In this document: piece after piece, positions 25,401 to 33,300 of the stretch
Layout of the letters: each line of letters opens with the position of its first letter
How positions within the stretch are numbered: position 1 is the stretch's first letter
Source of the DNA: Eledone cirrhosa
Taxonomy: Eukaryota
Assembly (NCBI GenBank): GCA_964016885.1
Contig: OZ024752.1
Coordinates: 8,432,001-8,496,000, forward strand
Length of the DNA: 64,000 bases
Reading direction: 5' to 3'
Translations under genes and position numbers: made by a program
The notes under the pieces: generated by a model
What the model saw: only the letters and a program-made list of their open reading frames with translations
Databases searched by the model: none
Told to the model about the DNA's origin: nothing

Positions 25401-26109
25401 CGTTGGTATGGTCACATGATGCGCATGAAAGACGACAGCTGTATAACAAAGTGCAGGGCAATAAAGATAGATGGTAGCCACGGAGTAGGCAGACCCAGGA
25501 AAACCTGGGACGAGCTGATAAGTTCCGACCTCACACACTTACACCTCTCCAAGACAATGTCACTGGACCGAGACCTTTGGCGGTACTCAGTAACAGAGAA
25601 GACCCGCCTTATCTAAATACAAAGTAAAACCTACTAGTCAGTAGGCATCTCTAACAAAATACACCCCCGTACCACCACCCCCACCCCATCCACACCGCCC
25701 CCTTCAATGCAAAGTTATGTTGGTGCCACAACATCCAGGCCGAAACAAATGAGATCGTGTAGGTGTCACGACAAAAAACACACAGTCCACACTGTAATGT
25801 GGGCGTGTAGGCAACACGGTAAAAACCTCCCAGTCCCACACTGTAAATGTGGTTGGTGTTAGGAAGGGCATCCAGCTGTAGAAAACACGCCAGACAGTCC
25901 ACGCTGTAATGTGGCCGTGTAGGCAACACAGTAAAAACCTCCCAGCCCCACACTGTAAATGTGGTTGGTGTTAGGAAGGGCATCCAGCTGTAGAAAACCC
26001 GCCAGACAGTCCTATGCGAGCAAGACAACCACTCTTGCCTCAAGTGGGAAAACCCCCGTCCAAACCCATGCAAGCGTGGAACAGGGACGTTAAACGACGA
26101 TGATGATGA

Positions 26110-26177
<68 letters not shown>

Positions 26178-27433
26178 GCACATGGGTTAGTGGTTAGAGC
26201 ATTGGCCTTGCAATCTTGAAAGGTTGGGAGTTCAATTCTCAGACCAGGTGGTGTGTTGTTTCCATATCATTCCACTGCAAAGTGGTCGTGGAGGTGCCAC
26301 GGCAAAAAAGCACCCAGCACTCACTGTAAATGAGGTTGGTGTTAGGAAGGGCGTCCAACTGTAGAAATCAAGCCAGAATCAGTTCCCGTCCCACCCTTGC
26401 AAGCAGGGAAAAAGCGGATATAAAATGAAAAATGAATGAATATATATATATTCAATGTGGTCTATCTTTCGAGGTAGGGTCTATACCGTAGTTAGAACTC
26501 AATGTAATCCGTACATGTAATTTATACTACCAATAAAGATTCTAACTTCGAACCCATATATTATGTCTGATAGTATACAGTTCTCTAACTGCTATAGATC
26601 AGTCATGGCAGTATCAGTAGAGGGTCGGACGCCATGATTTGCAACATAGAGTTACGGCCCTTGATGATCTGAGTTCAAATCCCGCAGAGGTTAGCTTTGC
26701 TTTCATCCTTAGGGGGTTGATAAAATAAAGTATCAGTCACGCACTGGGGTCGATTTAATCGACTTTCCCCCCCAAAAAAAATTGCTGGCCTTGTGCCTAT
26801 ATAAGAAACCAATATATCAATATGACCCCCCCCCCCCCCAAACGATCGTAAAACAATGAAAGAAATATGTAAAATAACTTGCCTTTCTTATTATTATCAT
26901 TGTTAAACTAATATTTGAAAAAAACGGAGTTAAAGACTCACGTTAATTCCCTGTGTGTGTGTGTGTGTGTAATCAACTCATTGTTATATATATATATATA
27001 TATAAAGTGTGTGAGTGTGTAAAAGGTAAAGAGAAATAACAACACAATCGGTACAGTATATGGAAGGGATATATTAGGTTAACGCTTGCTATAGCAGGAA
27101 GAGGGTCTTAACGTTTCGGACGCTAGTCCTTCATCAGAAGAAGGAATGAGAAATAAGATATATTGGGGGGACGGGCGGGTTGGAATTGGAAAAAATGTCT
27201 TTAGATAAAAATAACAGGTTCATTCATGTTGACATACATCTCTAAACGTGAATATGGTGTTAATGACTTCTAGTAACCTTTCAAATGATTACATTCCGAA
27301 GTAAAATAAAAGATATTTAATTAACTTACAGAGCCGACTCCGTATTTCCAGATTCAATATCTTCATCCTCACTTTCGGACGATGTTGAACATCGACGTTT
27401 GCGAAAATTACGTTTTTGTTTACTAGAAGACAT
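4132..27433 (-). CDS. C9orf78: C9orf78/TLS1 (telomere length and silencing protein 1 homolog, splicing factor), complete 9-exon gene, 295 aa
   Basis: Exons 27433-27330, 20700-20589, 20110-20049, 19729-19649, 17333-17268, 16688-16557, 6121-5985, 4809-4702, 4217-4132. All introns are GT-AG, phases are consistent, total 888 nt. The translation has the C9orf78 motifs DPFKMKTGG, AETNIRDEDAEM, MLSNQMLSGIPEIDLG, FVPTNMAVNFVQHNRF and EKATDDFHYERFKKQMRRY*. Confidence 0.96.
4244..4645. repeat. 48-bp minisatellite, ~8 copies (C9orf78 intron 8)
   Basis: Unit ttaaccctttcattaccatatttctaatgaaagacactgtctatgtca. Confidence 0.95.
4702..4809 (-). CDS. C9orf78: C9orf78 exon 8
   Basis: FTIEENGPRLKDKHLLLKPKLLRVGDAEKIGEMDKK; ttccag acceptor, GTGAGT donor. 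Confidence 0.93.
5072..5284. mobile_element. piggyBac-type MITE, same family, inverted
   Basis: Reverse complement of the 1631-1842 element; TTAA ends. Confidence 0.8.
5585..5805 (+). mobile_element. tRNA-derived SINE
   Basis: A box tagtctaatggttagg, B box gggttcaattcc, core gagcaaaacacttt. Confidence 0.75.
5985..6121 (-). CDS. C9orf78: C9orf78 exon 7
   Basis: AKIRNIEHTEDAKQKLVQEMMKKKDSEVSEFVPTNMAVNFVQHNR; tgacag acceptor, GTAAGT donor. Confidence 0.96.
6490..7175. repeat. (TG)n and (CT)n low-complexity region
   Basis: GT-rich then CT-rich simple repeats. Confidence 0.9.
7346..7542 (+). mobile_element. Fold-back element (~115-bp hairpin plus ~80-bp tail) in (TA)n
   Basis: ataggaaaaggtatga...tcataccttttcctat palindrome; contains GAAA-CGGC-ttgagctct-GCCG-TC. 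Confidence 0.75.
7860..8280. repeat. (TA)n/(CA)n low-complexity region
   Basis: Mixed simple repeats. Confidence 0.9.
8568..10505 (-). mobile_element. Penelope-like retroelement (RT and GIY-YIG endonuclease), frameshifted
   Basis: Minus strand reads FSDKTKNLY, LKDHKPDF..PSCRLINPAK, FDIVDFYPSI, SMGSFDS, YRDDGL and LDINLDL; GIY-YIG region CNTKAIVYAAKV..YVGMTQ; C-terminal LCISEK..CLNAKTEIFTSC. Confidence 0.9.
10528..10659. mobile_element. Fold-back (inverted pseudo-LTR-like) hairpin with hammerhead 3' halves, adjoining the Penelope 5' end
   Basis: Arms atattcattctattacacaagtgacctc / gaggtcacttgtataatagaatgaatat; inner stem around a TTAGGG loop; minus arm reads GAAA-CTG-ttc-CAG-TC. Confidence 0.7.
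10678..10880 (+). mobile_element. Fold-back element in (TA)n with a hammerhead-like core
   Basis: ~60-bp inverted arms; CTGACGA-AGGC-cagttaa-GCCT-GAAA on the minus arm (GAGA on the plus arm); unique tail, then (TA)n. Confidence 0.65.
10948..13716 (+). mobile_element. RTE-clade LINE, 5'-truncated within the endonuclease domain, young
   Basis: Frame open 10956-13412 (HLITYRSGEHSSQLDFIL...YADD...); 3' UTR and (GAT)n tail; (TA)n 5' flank. Confidence 0.95.
10956..13412 (+). CDS. 5'-truncated RTE LINE ORF (RT and PHD-type finger)
   Basis: The 690-aa ORF at 11340 extends in frame 128 codons upstream with no stop; colinear with the 1006-aa ORF. Confidence 0.9.
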   Translation, partial: HLITYRSGEHSSQLDFILIRGRDRWTVVNTKAFPSEECTSQHSLVVSDLTVRTRRALKQRPTWRRKIWKLKVPSTSNRFKDILLNAYDSKEEQIETFNVEENWEFLKNNLLEATDEVCGWSKTSSRRRVTWWWNNKVDETVKAKRQAWKEWKNGGSRVHYIETKREARRQVYLARREAEDRKFKHVLQREDQKQEVFKIARQCVRDSCDVIGEKCIRNDKGELALTSAEKKDAWKSHYDRLLNEENAWEEETLPHVDPIEGPAVQVSGSVVSKAIRDMKIGKATGPSGIAAEMLKASGSVGHTITTRIVNQVILEGAIPKDWCSSIIVNCYKGKGDALDRGNYRGIKLMDQVMKVTERVIAQLIRDRVNIDEMQFGFVPGKGTTDALFLVRQLQEKYLAKSKPLYLAFVDLEKAFDRVPRAVIWWALRKLGVDEWLVKAVQAMYRGAVSKVRIGNEYSEEFSVQVGVHQGSVLSPLLFIIVLQAITEEFKTGCPWELLYADDLALIAESMVELENKFQTWKQGLERKGLKVNMTKTKVLISRRENRTQIPSGKWPCSVCRKGVGRNSILCPKCKQWVHKRCSGISGSLIKNVGFTCSSCAETASKQPQETSTTNLWEGPVETVDSFCYLGDRISNGGGCSESTITRVRTGWKKFRELLPLLAAKGFSLRMKGRLYDACIRTAMLHGSETWALKVEDLRRLERNEACMLRWMCNSNIRERQSINELRERLSIRGIKCCVQERRLRWYGHVMRMKDDSCIKRCRALEVDGNRGVGRPKMTWDEVIKADLTQLHLSKSMTHDRDFWRHAVIQGTRPPMGTC
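13981..14167 (+). mobile_element. Second copy of the fold-back element at 7346
   Basis: Same tail (ccactctactaccc..gtattgagtactctggtgcgttatggtcca) and hairpin. Confidence 0.75.
14490..14926 (+). mobile_element. RTE LINE 3' UTR-only copy
   Basis: Homologous to 25620-26113 (aaacctac..gtcagtaggca, gagatcgtgtaggtgtcacg, gttaggaagggcatccagc), with a (GAT)n tail. Confidence 0.85.
14927..15280. mobile_element. Possible Tc1/mariner-pogo-type MITE
   Basis: Imperfect TIRs taCAGTGTACCTCCAGCATTCACGG / CCGTGAATACCTGGGACAACTata with TA flanks. Confidence 0.45.
15275..16084. repeat. 32-bp minisatellite, ~25 near-identical copies
   Basis: Unit ctatatatatataatttaagctgctacacaca. Confidence 0.97.
16085..16190 (-). 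mobile_element. RTE LINE 3' tail
   Basis: Reverse complement matches 13600-13710. Confidence 0.85.
16557..16688 (-). CDS. C9orf78: C9orf78 exon 6
   Basis: QAHAEDALYQLPENLKVESSTKKSEDMLSNQMLSGIPEIDLGI; caacag acceptor, GTAAGT donor. Confidence 0.96.
16755..17045. repeat. 48-bp minisatellite derived from the LINE 3' UTR module
   Basis: Unit ggtgctggtgttacaataaaatacaccttgtccactctgtaatgtggt. Confidence 0.9.
17268..17333 (-). CDS. C9orf78: C9orf78 exon 5
   Basis: MLKYVEEELAKKKGHVTEKSQEK; tttcag acceptor, GTAAGT donor. Confidence 0.95.
17498..19300. repeat. 33-bp minisatellite, ~54 copies (C9orf78 intron 4)
   Basis: Unit tcattaatatatacaggtatacctcaccttatg. Confidence 0.97.
19470..19620 (-). mobile_element. 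SINE (second family)
   Basis: ctggtactttattttatcgacccc..aggatgaaaggcaaagtt..gggatttgaactcag; copies also at 26660-26810 (+) and 44480-44680 (-). Confidence 0.75.
19649..19729 (-). CDS. C9orf78: C9orf78 exon 4
   Basis: SLQGGDIESIGTAFAAETNIRDEDAE; ctctag acceptor, GTAAGT donor. Confidence 0.95.
19847..19990. repeat. (GAT/GGT)n microsatellite
   Basis: Imperfect trinucleotide repeat. Confidence 0.9.
20049..20110 (-). CDS. C9orf78: C9orf78 exon 3
   Basis: SDPFKMKTGGIVDMKALKNS; tttcag acceptor, GTAAGT donor. Confidence 0.95.
20349..20559. mobile_element. piggyBac-type MITE, same family
   Basis: ttaacccttatacattactctata...aaatgctgaagagttaa. Confidence 0.8.
20589..20700 (-). CDS. C9orf78: C9orf78 exon 2
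   Basis: ttacag acceptor; SSLTDIKTLQKLREKPRGVNAASLAFGENTKKDEIEA; GTATGT donor. Confidence 0.93.
20903..21173 (+). mobile_element. RTE LINE 3' UTR fragment
   Basis: gttggcgtttggaagggcatccag...ctaacccatgc...gatgatga. Confidence 0.8.
21222..21640. mobile_element. Tail-to-tail pair of SINEs
   Basis: Plus copy 21222-21382 and minus copy 21385-21640, homologous to 27562-27830. Confidence 0.75.
21587..21878. repeat. 29-bp minisatellite, ~10 copies, from a SINE head
   Basis: Unit ccattctatccgacgttctaaccactcta. Confidence 0.93.
22491..26113 (+). mobile_element. RTE-clade LINE, near full length, inserted in (TA)n in C9orf78 intron 1 (antisense to the gene)
   Basis: 1006-aa ORF, a 3' UTR with tandem modules and a (GAT)n tail; (TA)n on both flanks. 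Confidence 0.95.
22596..25616 (+). CDS. RTE LINE polyprotein: APE endonuclease, reverse transcriptase and PHD-type finger
   Basis: APE motifs NVGT, IQET, SAYAP, GDLNG, VDYIL, SQH; RT motifs QFGF, FVDLAKAFD, QGSVLSP, YADD, FRYLG; RTE C-terminal RLRWYGHMMR and GRPRKTW. The frame stays open upstream to 22491. Confidence 0.95.
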   Translation: MNVGTLKGRSNEVVELLERKEVDVCCIQETRWRGGSARFIEGKKRCYKLFWVGNDNGIGGVGIMLAEKWVDKIIDVNRVNDRIIKIRLVLNRTTVTVISAYAPQSGLPGAIKDRFYETLMLTTSQITDSDYIIIAGDLNGYVGQHCDGYDGIHGGYGFGTRNEEGSRILEFCDANNLTICNTNFKKRDNHLITYRSGEHTSQVDYILTRRRDRVSVVNTKSLPHEECTSQHRLIISDLIVRTRRTRQQKRTILRRKIWKLKDPTARNKFQSILLDAFDSKEEQLESYKVKEQWEFLKANLLMAADEVCGWSRPVGRRRVTWWWNSKVEGSIKAKKQAWKAWRDGGSREDYQVARREARRQVYFARREAEERKFKHVLQREDQKREVFRIARQCVKENRDIVGEKCVLNDDGVFAITDADKKVAWKCHYERLLNEENKWEKDSLPHIDSIEGPAVLVEGSIISKAIKDMKTGKAAGPSEIVAEMLKASGTVGHTMVTRIVNQVIQNGVVPKDWRSSIIVNCYKGKGDALDRSNYRGIKLIDQVMKVTEKVIAQLIRERIDLDEMQFGFVSGKRTTDALFIVRQLQEKYLAKSKPLYLAFVDLAKAFDRVPRSIIWWALRKLGVDEWLVRAIQAMYKETVSKVRINNEYSEEFSVKVGVHQGSVLSPLLFIIALQAITEEFKTGCPWELLYADDLTLIAESMAELEKKFQTWKHGLESKGLKINLAKTKVLVCRKENKAPVPSGKWPCSVCRRGVGRNSILCPKCKVWVHKRCSGITGKLTKNIDFTCGRCSGAIISSKCPQNTSSFNCAEGSIEIVDSFRYLGDKISSGGGCSESTVARVRTGWKKFRELIPLLAAKGFSLKMRGRLYDACIRTAMLHGSETWALCAEDICRLERNEACMLRWMCNSNICERQSINELRKKLEIRGIRCCLLERRLRWYGHMMRMKDDSCITKCRAIKIDGSHGVGRPRKTWDELISSDLTHLHLSKTMSLDRDLWRYSVTEKTRLI
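27106..27141 (-). ncRNA. Minimal type I hammerhead ribozyme motif (Penelope-type)
   Basis: Minus strand: TCTT-CTGATGA-a-GGAC-tagc-GTCC-GAAA-CGT-T-AAGA; stem I tctt/aaga; palindromic stem III (AACGTT). Confidence 0.65.
27330..27433 (-). CDS. C9orf78: C9orf78 exon 1
   Basis: MSSSKQKRNFRKRRCSTSSESEDEDIESGNTESA, then a GTAAGT donor, phase 2. Confidence 0.88.
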
Positions 27434-27561
27434 GTTAATACTTCTAAACTAACTTATTCACAGAAGATCGCTTCAATTCAGGCGGTGTCAACAGATTTTA
27501 ATTCCTATCCTATATATTATCCGATATATCTATTTTTTATTTATTCACGTAGCACTTTAAA

Positions 27562-27830
27562 AGGCGGTGAATTAGCAGAGTCGTTAGAACGCCGGATAGA
27601 ATACTTTGGGGTTTTCATTCCAGCTCTTTGAGTTCAAATCCCGCCGAAGTCAAGTTTGCCTCTCATCCTTTCAAGGTCGATAAAAAGAGTAACAGTCTAG
27701 TACTGGATTCGATTTTTCCCCTATATCTCTTTCTCATTTCTTCTCTCTCTCTCTCACTTTTTATCTGTCTCTGGAAGCAATCTGCTATATTCAGGCCTGG
27801 AGAGTGATGGGCTCCGCCAGGTTTAAAAAA
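27562..27830 (+). mobile_element. SINE just upstream of the C9orf78 start codon
   Basis: ggcggtgaattagcagagtcgttaga (A box), gagttcaaatccc (B box), tail ctggagagtgatgggctccgccaggtttaaaa. Confidence 0.8.
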
Positions 27831-28304
27831 TGCCCGAGAAACGCCGAATGTCAATATGCCTCCTACGACTCTATCAGGAGTTACGAGACCACACATACAT
27901 ACGGCATTAGAACAAAATATTTTGGTACACTTGATCCCTAAATTCAAAAGAAGTATTTATACGTGTGAGCATAACATAAAGTAAAAATTTAGATAATTAA
28001 GAATGTAGAAAAATTATTTGTACTTGCACGATTTCGGCTGGTCTCGTTTTGAGGATCCACCAAGATCAATTGGAGACAGTTGATTCTGACATGACCCACA
28101 GGAAGGTGTGCTTTGGGACTCTGCACGCACGACCCTCCCAGGAACATGTGGGCAGAGAAGATATGTGTTGCATTCTTTAGTCAATATAGTTATTCATGAG
28201 AAACATGCGCTTGTTTATTTTTATTTATTTTTGTTGCTGTTGCTGTTTTGTGTGTGTGTGTGCAATATGTTCGTTCTTAGTTAAGTTGTTTCCCCACTTT
28301 GACA

Positions 28305-28555
28305 GTTATACATTCTTCTTCTCCTCCCACTTATTCCTGAGAGAGTCGTGGGGGCAGAGTCCTGAAATACCCCTTCCAGCAGAAGCAACCGACTCCAACT
28401 GAAATGGCTGGAACCCCAACTGAGACCAGCCAAGCTCATGGATGTTATTCACCCATCTTGCTCGGGTTCTACTCCTGGGTTTCTTACTGGTTAGTGTTGC
28501 CCGTAAAATCTGTCCAATGATTTTTTCCGGAGACATTCTAACCACATGCCCATAT
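28305..28555 (-). mobile_element. 3' end of a second RTE-like LINE family (B)
   Basis: GHVVRMSPEKII..ILRATLTSKKPRSRTRARW, the typical RTE C-terminus. Confidence 0.7.
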
Positions 28556-30033
28556 TTCTTTTCTACTTACTAGGACCTTAGTCTTTGTCAGGTTGACTTG
28601 AAGACTCCTTGTTTCTAGGCCCTGCTTCCATGTTTGGAATTTCTCTAGTTCCACCATAGATTCCGCTATTAGTGTAAGATCATCTGCATATAGGATTTCC
28701 CATGGGCAGCCGGTCTTAAATTCTTTTATTATCGTACTGCAGACTATAATAAACAGGAGAGGGCTAAGAATAGAGCCCTGGTGGAAACCAACCTCCACGC
28801 TAAATTCCTCACTATAGTTGTTAATCCTAACGTTGCTGACTGCCACCCTATACATGGCTTGTACAGCCTTCACAAGCCACTCATCTACTCCTAATTTTCT
28901 AAGAACCCACCGGATTATGGCATGGGGCACTCTGCCAAAAGCTTTCTCCAGATCAACAAAATAGAGCAGTTTACTTTTAGTTAGGTATTTTCCATGTAAC
29001 TGTTTCACTAGGAAGAGAGCGTCTGTGGTGCTTTTGCCTGGCACAAACCAAAACTGCATTTCATCTGAACTATAACTCTTTCTGTTACTTTCATGACCTG
29101 GTCAATTAACTTGATGCCTCTATAGTTTCCTTTATCTAGTGCACTCCTTTACCCTTGTAGCAGTTGACAATGATGCTGCTGCACCAGTCATTTGGTATGG
29201 CACCAGTTAGTATTTTTTGGTTTCCAATACGTGTAGTTATGGTGTGACCTACCGACCCAGATGCTTTCAGCATCTCAGCAACTATTCCCGATGAGCCGGC
29301 TGCTTTCCCGGTCTTTGTATCCATAATTATCTTATGAACTACACTGCTGCTGACTTGTATGGCTGGGACCTCTGTAGGGTCTATTTCCCCCCATGTATTC
29401 TCCTCATTCAGTAATCTGCCATAATGATTCTTCCACGCAGCTTTCTTTTCAGCACCTGTAAGAGCAAATGCACCTTTGTCATCTCGGACACAATTCTCTC
29501 TAAGACACTGCCTCACAATCCTGAACACCTATTTCAGGTCTTCATGCTGCAAAACATGCTTGAATTTTTTATGTCTCTATGTAGTGTACCCTGCTTCCCC
29601 TATTCTTCCATTGTTTCCATGCATCTCTTAGCCTTAATTATCACACCTACCTTATTGTTCTACCACCAAGTCACTCTCCTTCTCTCTGTAGTTTTGCTCC
29701 AACAACAGATTTCGACTGTCACCTTCAGTAGATTATCTTTCAGGAACTCCCAATGCTCTTCTATATTGAATGTTTCTATCTGTTCTTTACTGTCATAGGC
29801 ATGAAGCAAAATATCTCTAAATTTGTTACTGGCTGAGGGATCTTTCAGCTTCCATATCCTTCTCCTCCAAGTTGGCCTCTGTCTCCCTGTTCATCTAGCT
29901 CTAACAGTGAAGTCGCTAACTACTAGGTTATGTTGGGAAGGATTTCATGTTTACTACTGACACTATCTGCTCCTCTGGTAAGGATAAAATCTATCTAGCT
30001 AGCATGTTCACCAGATCTACAGGTGATCAGGTG
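28556..30033 (-). mobile_element. Decayed RTE LINE fragment, same family as above
   Basis: Frameshifted ORFs with FVDLEKAFG, QGSILSP, YADD and NCYKGKG. Confidence 0.92.
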
Positions 30034-30262
30034 AGCATGTAGCTAGAATGTCTCAGGAAAGAATCATTGAATACATTTTACAGGCAAAAACCAACCAGCA
30101 GGAGTCCCAAGGGTAGACTGAGCTGGTTGGATATCATCCATGAGCTTGACTGGCCCCACTGGATCAGTTGGAGATGGTTGCTTCTGACAGGACCCACTGG
30201 AAGGGGTTTTTAAGGCTTCTGCCCCCTAGACCCTCTCAGGAATAAGTGGACGAAGAATAACA
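30033..30262 (+). mobile_element. 3' end of RTE-like family B (opposite orientation)
   Basis: catgtagctagaatgtctcaggaaaga...gaccctctcaggaataagtgg is homologous to the reverse complement of 28305-28555; another tail copy lies at ~28020-28165. Confidence 0.7.
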
Positions 30263-30304
30263 AACAGTACAAAAGCGGTTTAAGGCGTTCATGGAAATGT
30301 GATT

Positions 30305-33300
30305 AGTTACCCAACATACTATTACAGCTATACTATAGTTATCCAACATACAATTACAGCTATACTATAGTTATCCAACATACTATTACAGCTACAGTAG
30401 TTATCTAACATAGTATTACAGCTATACTATAGTTACCCAACATACTATTACATCTATAGTAGTTATCTAACATACTATTACATCTACAGTAGTTATCTAA
30501 CATACTATTACAGCTATACTATAGTTATCCAACATACAATTACAGCTATACTATAGTTATCCAACATACTATTACAGCTACAGTAGTTATCTAACATAGT
30601 ATTACAGCTATACTATAGTTACCCAACATACTATTACATCTATAGTAGTTATCTAACATACTATTACATCTACAGTAGTTATCTAACATACTATTACAGC
30701 TATACTATAGTTATCTGACATACTATTACAGCTACAGTAGTTATCTAACATACTATTACAGCTACAGTAGTTATCTAACATAGTATTACAGCTATACTAT
30801 AGTTATCCAACATACTATTACAGCTACAGTAGTTATCTAACATAGTATTACATCTACAGTAGTTATCTAACATAGTATTACAGCTATACTATAGTTATCC
30901 AACATACTATTACAGCTACAGTAGTTATCTAACATACTATTACAGCTATACTATAGTTATCCAACATACTATTACAGCTACAGTAGTTATCTAACATACT
31001 ATTACATCTACAGTTGTTATCTAACATACTATTACAGCTATACTATAGTTATCTAACATACTATTACAGCTATACTATAGTTATCCAACATACTATTACA
31101 GCTACAGTAGTTATCTAACATACTATTACAGCTATACTATAGTTATCCAACATACTATTACAGCTACAGTAGTTATCTAACATACTATTACAGCTACAGT
31201 AGTTATCCAACATACTATTACAGCTGCAGTAGTTATCTAACATAGTATTACAGCTATACTATAGTTATCCAACATACTATTACATCTACAGTAGTTATCT
31301 AACATAGTATTACAGCTATACTATAGTTATCCAACATACTATTACAGCTACAGTAGTTATCTAACAGAGTATTACAGCTATACTATAGTTATCCAACATA
31401 CTATTACAGCTACAGTAGTTATCTAACATAGTATTACAGCTATACTATAGTTATCTAACATACTATTACAGCTACAGTAGATATCCAGCATACTATTACA
31501 GCTACAGTAGTTATCCAACATACTATTACAGCTGCAGTAGTTATCTAACATACTATTACAGCTACAGTAGTTATCCAACATACTATTACAGCTACAGTAG
31601 TTATCCAACATACTATTACATCTACAGTAGGTATCTAACATACTATTACAGCTATACTATAGTTATCCAACATACTATTACAGCTACAGTAGTTATCTAA
31701 CATAGTATTACAGCTGCAGTAGTTATCTAACATAGTATTACAGCTGCAGTAGTTATCCAACATACTATTACGGCTATACTATAGTTATCTAACATACTAT
31801 TACAGCTGCAGTAGTTATCTAACATACTATTACAGCTAGAGTAGTTATCCAGCATACTATTACAGCTGCAGTAGTTATCCACCATACTATTACAGCTGCA
31901 GTAGTTATCTAACATACTATTACAGCTACAGTAGTTATCCAGCATACTATTACAGCTGCAGTAGTTATCTAACATACTATTACAGCTACAGTAGTTATCC
32001 AACATACTATTACAGCTGCAGTAGTTATCCAACATACTATTACAGCTACAGTAGTTATCCAACATACTATTACAGCTGCAGTAGTTATCCAACATACTAT
32101 TACAGCTGCAGTAGTTATCCAACATAGTATTACAGCTACAGTAGTTATCTAACATAGTATTACAGCTACAGTAGTTATCTAACATAGTATTACAGCTACA
32201 GTAGTTATCTAACATAGTATTACAGCTACAGTAGTTATCTAACATAGTATTACAGCTACAGTAGTTATCTAACATAGTATTACAGCTACAGTAGTTATCC
32301 AACATAGTATTACAGCTACAGTAGTTACCCAACATAGTATTACAGCTACAGTAGTTACCCAACATAGTATTACAGCTACAGTAGTTACCCAACATAGTAT
32401 TACAGCTACAGTAGTTACCCAACATAGTATTACAGCTACAGTAGTTACCCAACATAGTATTACAGCTGCAGTAGTTACCCAACATACTATTACAGCTATA
32501 CTATAGTTATCTAACATAGTATTACAGCTACAGTAGTTATCCAACATAGTATTACAGCTAGAGTAGTTATCCAACATAGTATTACAGCTACAGTAGTTAT
32601 CCAACATAGTATTACAGCTACAGTAGTTATCCAACATAGTATTACAGCTACAGTAGTTAGCCAACATAGTATTACAGCTACAGTAGTTAGCCAACATAGT
32701 ATTACAGCTACAGTAGTTAGCCAACATAGTATTACAGCTACAGTAGTTAGCCAACATACTATTACAGCTATACTATACTTATCCAACATACTATTACAGC
32801 TATACTATACTTATCCAACATACTATTACAGCTATACTATACTTATCCAACATACTATTACAGCTATACTATACTTATCCAACATACTATTACAGCTATA
32901 CTATACTTATCCAACATACTATTACAGCTATACTATACTTATCCAACATACTATTACAGCTATACTATACTTATCCAACATACTATTACAGCTATACTAT
33001 ACTTATCCAACATACTATTACAGCTACACTATACTTATCCAACATACTATTACAGCTACACTATACTTATCCAACATACTATTACAGCTACACTATACTT
33101 ATCCAACATACTATTACAGCTACACTATACTTATCCAACATACTATTACAGCTACACTATACTTATCCAACATACTATTACAGCTACACTATACTTACCC
33201 AACATACTATTACAGCTACACTATACTTACCCAACATACTATTACAGCTACACTATACTTACCCAACATACTATTACAGCTACACTATACTTACCCAACA

